DNA of 64,000 bases from Octopus bimaculoides (lineage: Eukaryota): assembly GCF_001194135.2 (NCBI RefSeq), contig NC_068988.1, positions 54,915,677 to 54,979,676 on the forward strand. The letters run 5' to 3'. Both the position numbers and the translations under genes were made by a program. The notes beneath the pieces were generated by a model. The model had not been told where the DNA came from, did no database searches, and was given only the letters and a program-made list of their open reading frames with translations. Positions 61,367 to 64,000 of the stretch are shown piece by piece. Each line of letters starts with the position of its first letter. Positions within the stretch are counted from its first letter, which is position 1.

Positions 61367-62326
61367 GTGAGTTAGTATTTTAATATTTTCTTGTCTTATT
61401 TATGATAGTCCTTGTGCAGTAGAAAATAGGCTTCTTCAATACTTAATGTCAGAAGTTGTTTCTATTCTCAGGTGTAGTTAATTTAATTTCATTTTATATG
61501 GATTTTCTTGTTACTTTCATGGTTTTGGGGAATGCCAATTCTCAGTATTTCTTCTCAAGGCTAATTAGGATAACTCTCTGACATTGGAGACATCTACTGA
61601 GCCAAAAAGGGAGCTTATACATGGTTGCCTCACTTACAAGAATAGTTGCCAAATCTCCTTTAGGTCACATCCTACTATCTTGAAAGAAGGCACACGGAAG
61701 ATAATGTAATCACCATAGGAAAACTACAAAACAAAAAATACAATAGTCATAACCAGGATACTTTTTGATCATAGATCCAAGTTGGCCTGGGGCTAAACAA
61801 CAAATGCCAGACAGTTAGATACTTTATTTATTATAAATGTGTGTGATAAATTGTTTATTTCATATTTAACACAAGGTCAAGTGTTCAGTGAAGAACGATC
61901 CAGTATGTTACTGGTATTTATTATCTCAACTACAGAAGGGTTATCTTTTTCATGTTTGAGTGTTTAGTCAAACAAATCACCCTAGTACTTTTTTTTATAA
62001 GCCTGATACTTATTGTCCTGAACTGCTTAGATACAGGGTCATAAACAAACCAACACCAGTTTTCAAGTGGTAGTGGGGAACAAACATGACCATAATGACA
62101 CACGCACACATATGTATGTAATATATACAGTAGGCATCTCATAGTTTTTATCTACCAGATCTACTCACAAGGCTTTGATCAGCCCTGGGCTATAGTAGAA
62201 GACACTTGCCCAAGGTGCCACACAGTGGAACCTTGGGCAAATAAAGATGTTTGTGCTCTAGAAATGTTTATTGTAAAAGTTGTTATGGATGTTTCCATCA
62301 ATTAAATTTTTTTTCTTTTTGTTTAG

Positions 62327-62498
62327 AGAGTCTTATGTTTGCCCATCAAAGTCCTGTGACACTCCAATGGTCGATCACGTGAGACGCTTTGTACATGAGA
62401 ATAGTTGTATCACAGTGGATCTTCGCAAGCTTGACCGCATCATTCCTGGAGCTGAAAAGAATATTTTCATGTGGAGTCGGTGTCGCAAATGCAAACAG
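62327..62498 (+). CDS. PIKFYVE: PIKfyve coding exon 22, Cys/His-rich region
   Basis: SYVCPSKSCDTPMVDHVRRFVHE…WSRCRKCKQ resembles human SYQCPSMFCDTPMVHHIRRFVH…WCRICKQ. Confidence 0.97.
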
Positions 62499-62607
62499 GT
62501 AATGCACTGTGATTTCTTATACCTTTTCTTTTTCAACTACAAAGACATACTCCATTAAAAATATCATCTGTAGTAAGATGGATAATTTCATCATCTTTAA
62601 ATCGAAA

Positions 62608-63064
62608 TCGTGATGGCACCTGTACCAGTGGAGTGCTAAGAGCACCGTCCGAGCATGATCATTGCCAGAGCAGCTGTCTGGCTTCTGTGCCAGTGGCATG
62701 TAAATAGCACCATTTGAGTGTGATCGTTACCAGTGTCGCCTTACTGGCACATAAAAAAGCATTCGAGCGAGGTCATTGCCAGTGCCGCTGGACTGGCTCC
62801 TGTGCAGGTGGCACGTAAAATACACCATTTTGAGTGTGGCTGTTGCCAGTACCGCCTGACTGGCCTTTGTGCCGGTGGTACGTAAAAGCACCCACTACAC
62901 TCTCTGAGTGGTTGGCGTTAGGAAGGGCATCCAGCTGTAGAAACTCTTCCAGATCAGATTGGAGCTTGGTGTAGCCATCTGGTTCACCAGTCCTCAGTCA
63001 AATCGTCCAACCCATGCTAGCATGGAATGCGGACGTTAGACGATGATGATGATGATGATGATGA
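62608..63064 (+). mobile_element. RTE family-B 3' UTR with four hairpin units and (GAT)n tail
   Basis: Same core and tail as 50017-50457, with a longer repeat array. Confidence 0.85.
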
Positions 63065-63212
63065 AGATTGTAGTCAAATCGGATGTGCACTTAATGAATT
63101 CAATGCAGTACCTAACCTTCCCAGAATAAACACATTCTTCTTCTGTGCCATAAATATTAAATAGAGACCATGTAGTCGACTTTGCACTCTCACTATGACT
63201 TCATTCTTTCAG

Positions 63213-63391
63213 GTTACCCCATTAGGCCGTATGACAATGGACACTTGGAACATGTCTTTCTCTAAATACTTAGAATTGAGATTTCATGGAAGTATGTACA
63301 AAAGGCGAGTTAGTGCTGAACCTTGCAATCATTCTTTACATCATGACCACTGTCAATATTTTGGATACAAGGATATTGTAGCATATTTCAA
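63213..63391 (+). CDS. PIKFYVE: PIKfyve coding exon 23, Cys/His-rich region
   Basis: TWNMSFSKYLELRFHG…RRVSAEPCNHSLHHDHCQYF resembles human SWSMSFAKYLELRFYG…RRANAEPCGHSIHHDYHQYF. Confidence 0.97.
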
Positions 63392-63426
63392 GTGAGTACA
63401 TATTAACTGAAAAATTTACAAATTTA

Positions 63427-63645
63427 CAAGTGGGTACTGAAAAGTTCCTGGCTTTTGGGTAAAAGAAAATACAGGAGGATCTGTTTATTAAGATTTTATT
63501 TGACATATTACCCTCTCAAATTTATATACTTATTGCAGCACTCCTTCAGTTTTTCTAAGCTTTATAAAAGAACTCAGAAGGCTGGGGCCTCCAGCCAAGA
63601 CCTTCGAGATACTCTTAAAGCCAGGAACTTTTCAGCACCCCCTCA
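63427..63645. mobile_element. Mariner-type MITE, 219 bp
   Basis: 29-bp TIRs (…GGGTACTGAAAAGTTCCTGGCTTT, 25/29 match) flanked by TA at 63425-63426 and 63646-63647. Confidence 0.85.
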
Positions 63646-63714
63646 TATATACAACACTATGCTAAATAAAATCACACTAATCTGACATTGTTATATTGGT
63701 TTCCTCTATTTCAG

Positions 63715-63828
63715 ATACAGCACCATTTCACTTTGTGAGGTTGCTCTGCCCTCTATTGTTGTTGAATATCATCATCAGCCATGTTTACCTGCAGAACTTA
63801 ACAGAAAAGCTGTCAGTCTTAGTCACAA
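63715..63828 (+). CDS. PIKFYVE: PIKfyve coding exon 24 (YSTISLCEVALPS…)
   Basis: Resembles human YSPIRLLEVCVP; tttcag acceptor, CAA/GTAAGT donor; phase 2-2. Confidence 0.9.
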
Positions 63829-64000
63829 GTAAGTTACAGGTTATTGTTTCTTTGTGAGTTTCTCATAAAGTTTTTTTTTTTTTTGCGAGTTGCTAATAGT
63901 AAAATTTTCAACTTCTCACATTAAAATTTAGCTTATGAGCCAATAAAAAAGGGTAGATGGCTGGGTAGGCTTATTACCTGCAGAAAAATACTATACACAT

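Larger units (their letters stand above)
14997..63828 (+). other. PIKFYVE: PIKfyve/Fab1 (1-phosphatidylinositol 3-phosphate 5-kinase) gene, coding exons 1-24; 3' part with the kinase domain lies beyond the window
   Basis: 24 GT-AG exons splice in one open frame (4031 nt). Domain order FYVE, DEP, CCT-like, Cys/His-rich, with motifs I recognise from Fab1/PIKfyve (WMPD, RRRHHCR, EPSWLKEI, DMDIRKYVQIKK, AYHSQLE, FRARGGRI, MEFYGKND, SKYLELRF). Confidence 0.97.

Noticed and set aside
62608-62900. Repeat-spacer-like arrays with palindromic units (also 50071-50290 and 15886-16040) as a CRISPR array
   Set aside because: Eukaryotic intron, no cas genes, units are degenerate, spacers are homologous to each other, and the array directly follows an RTE ORF stop.

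Overview
AT-rich, microsatellite-dense animal genomic DNA with four N gaps. The repeat families look like those of octopus genomes (inference from recognition, not tested). One gene dominates the window: PIKfyve/Fab1 (PI3P 5-kinase) on the + strand. I reconstructed 24 coding exons from ATG 15028 to 63828 (4031 nt, 1343 codons plus 2 nt). All junctions are GT-AG with consistent phases. They encode the FYVE, DEP, CCT/TCP1-like and Cys/His-rich regions; the kinase domain lies beyond the window end. The promoter and non-coding first exon(s) are probably in the CpG-retaining 1.7-4.1 kb region. The flank and introns hold many transposon relics: CRE-like and R4-like RLE retroelements, a Penelope-like element, several RTE LINE lineages, four SINE families, two Helitron fragments, Helentron-type HINEs, a DD37D/maT transposase, and hAT, mariner and piggyBac-type MITEs. 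I found no prokaryote-type system and no CRISPR array. The most notable observations are: (1) a C4HC3 PHD-like finger inserted inside the RT region of an RTE LINE; (2) a variable-copy hairpin array in that LINE family's 3' UTR; (3) a uORF overlapping the PIKfyve start codon; (4) inverted repeat pairs that could make pre-mRNA dsRNA. All calls come from manual reading and translation; no database searches were run.
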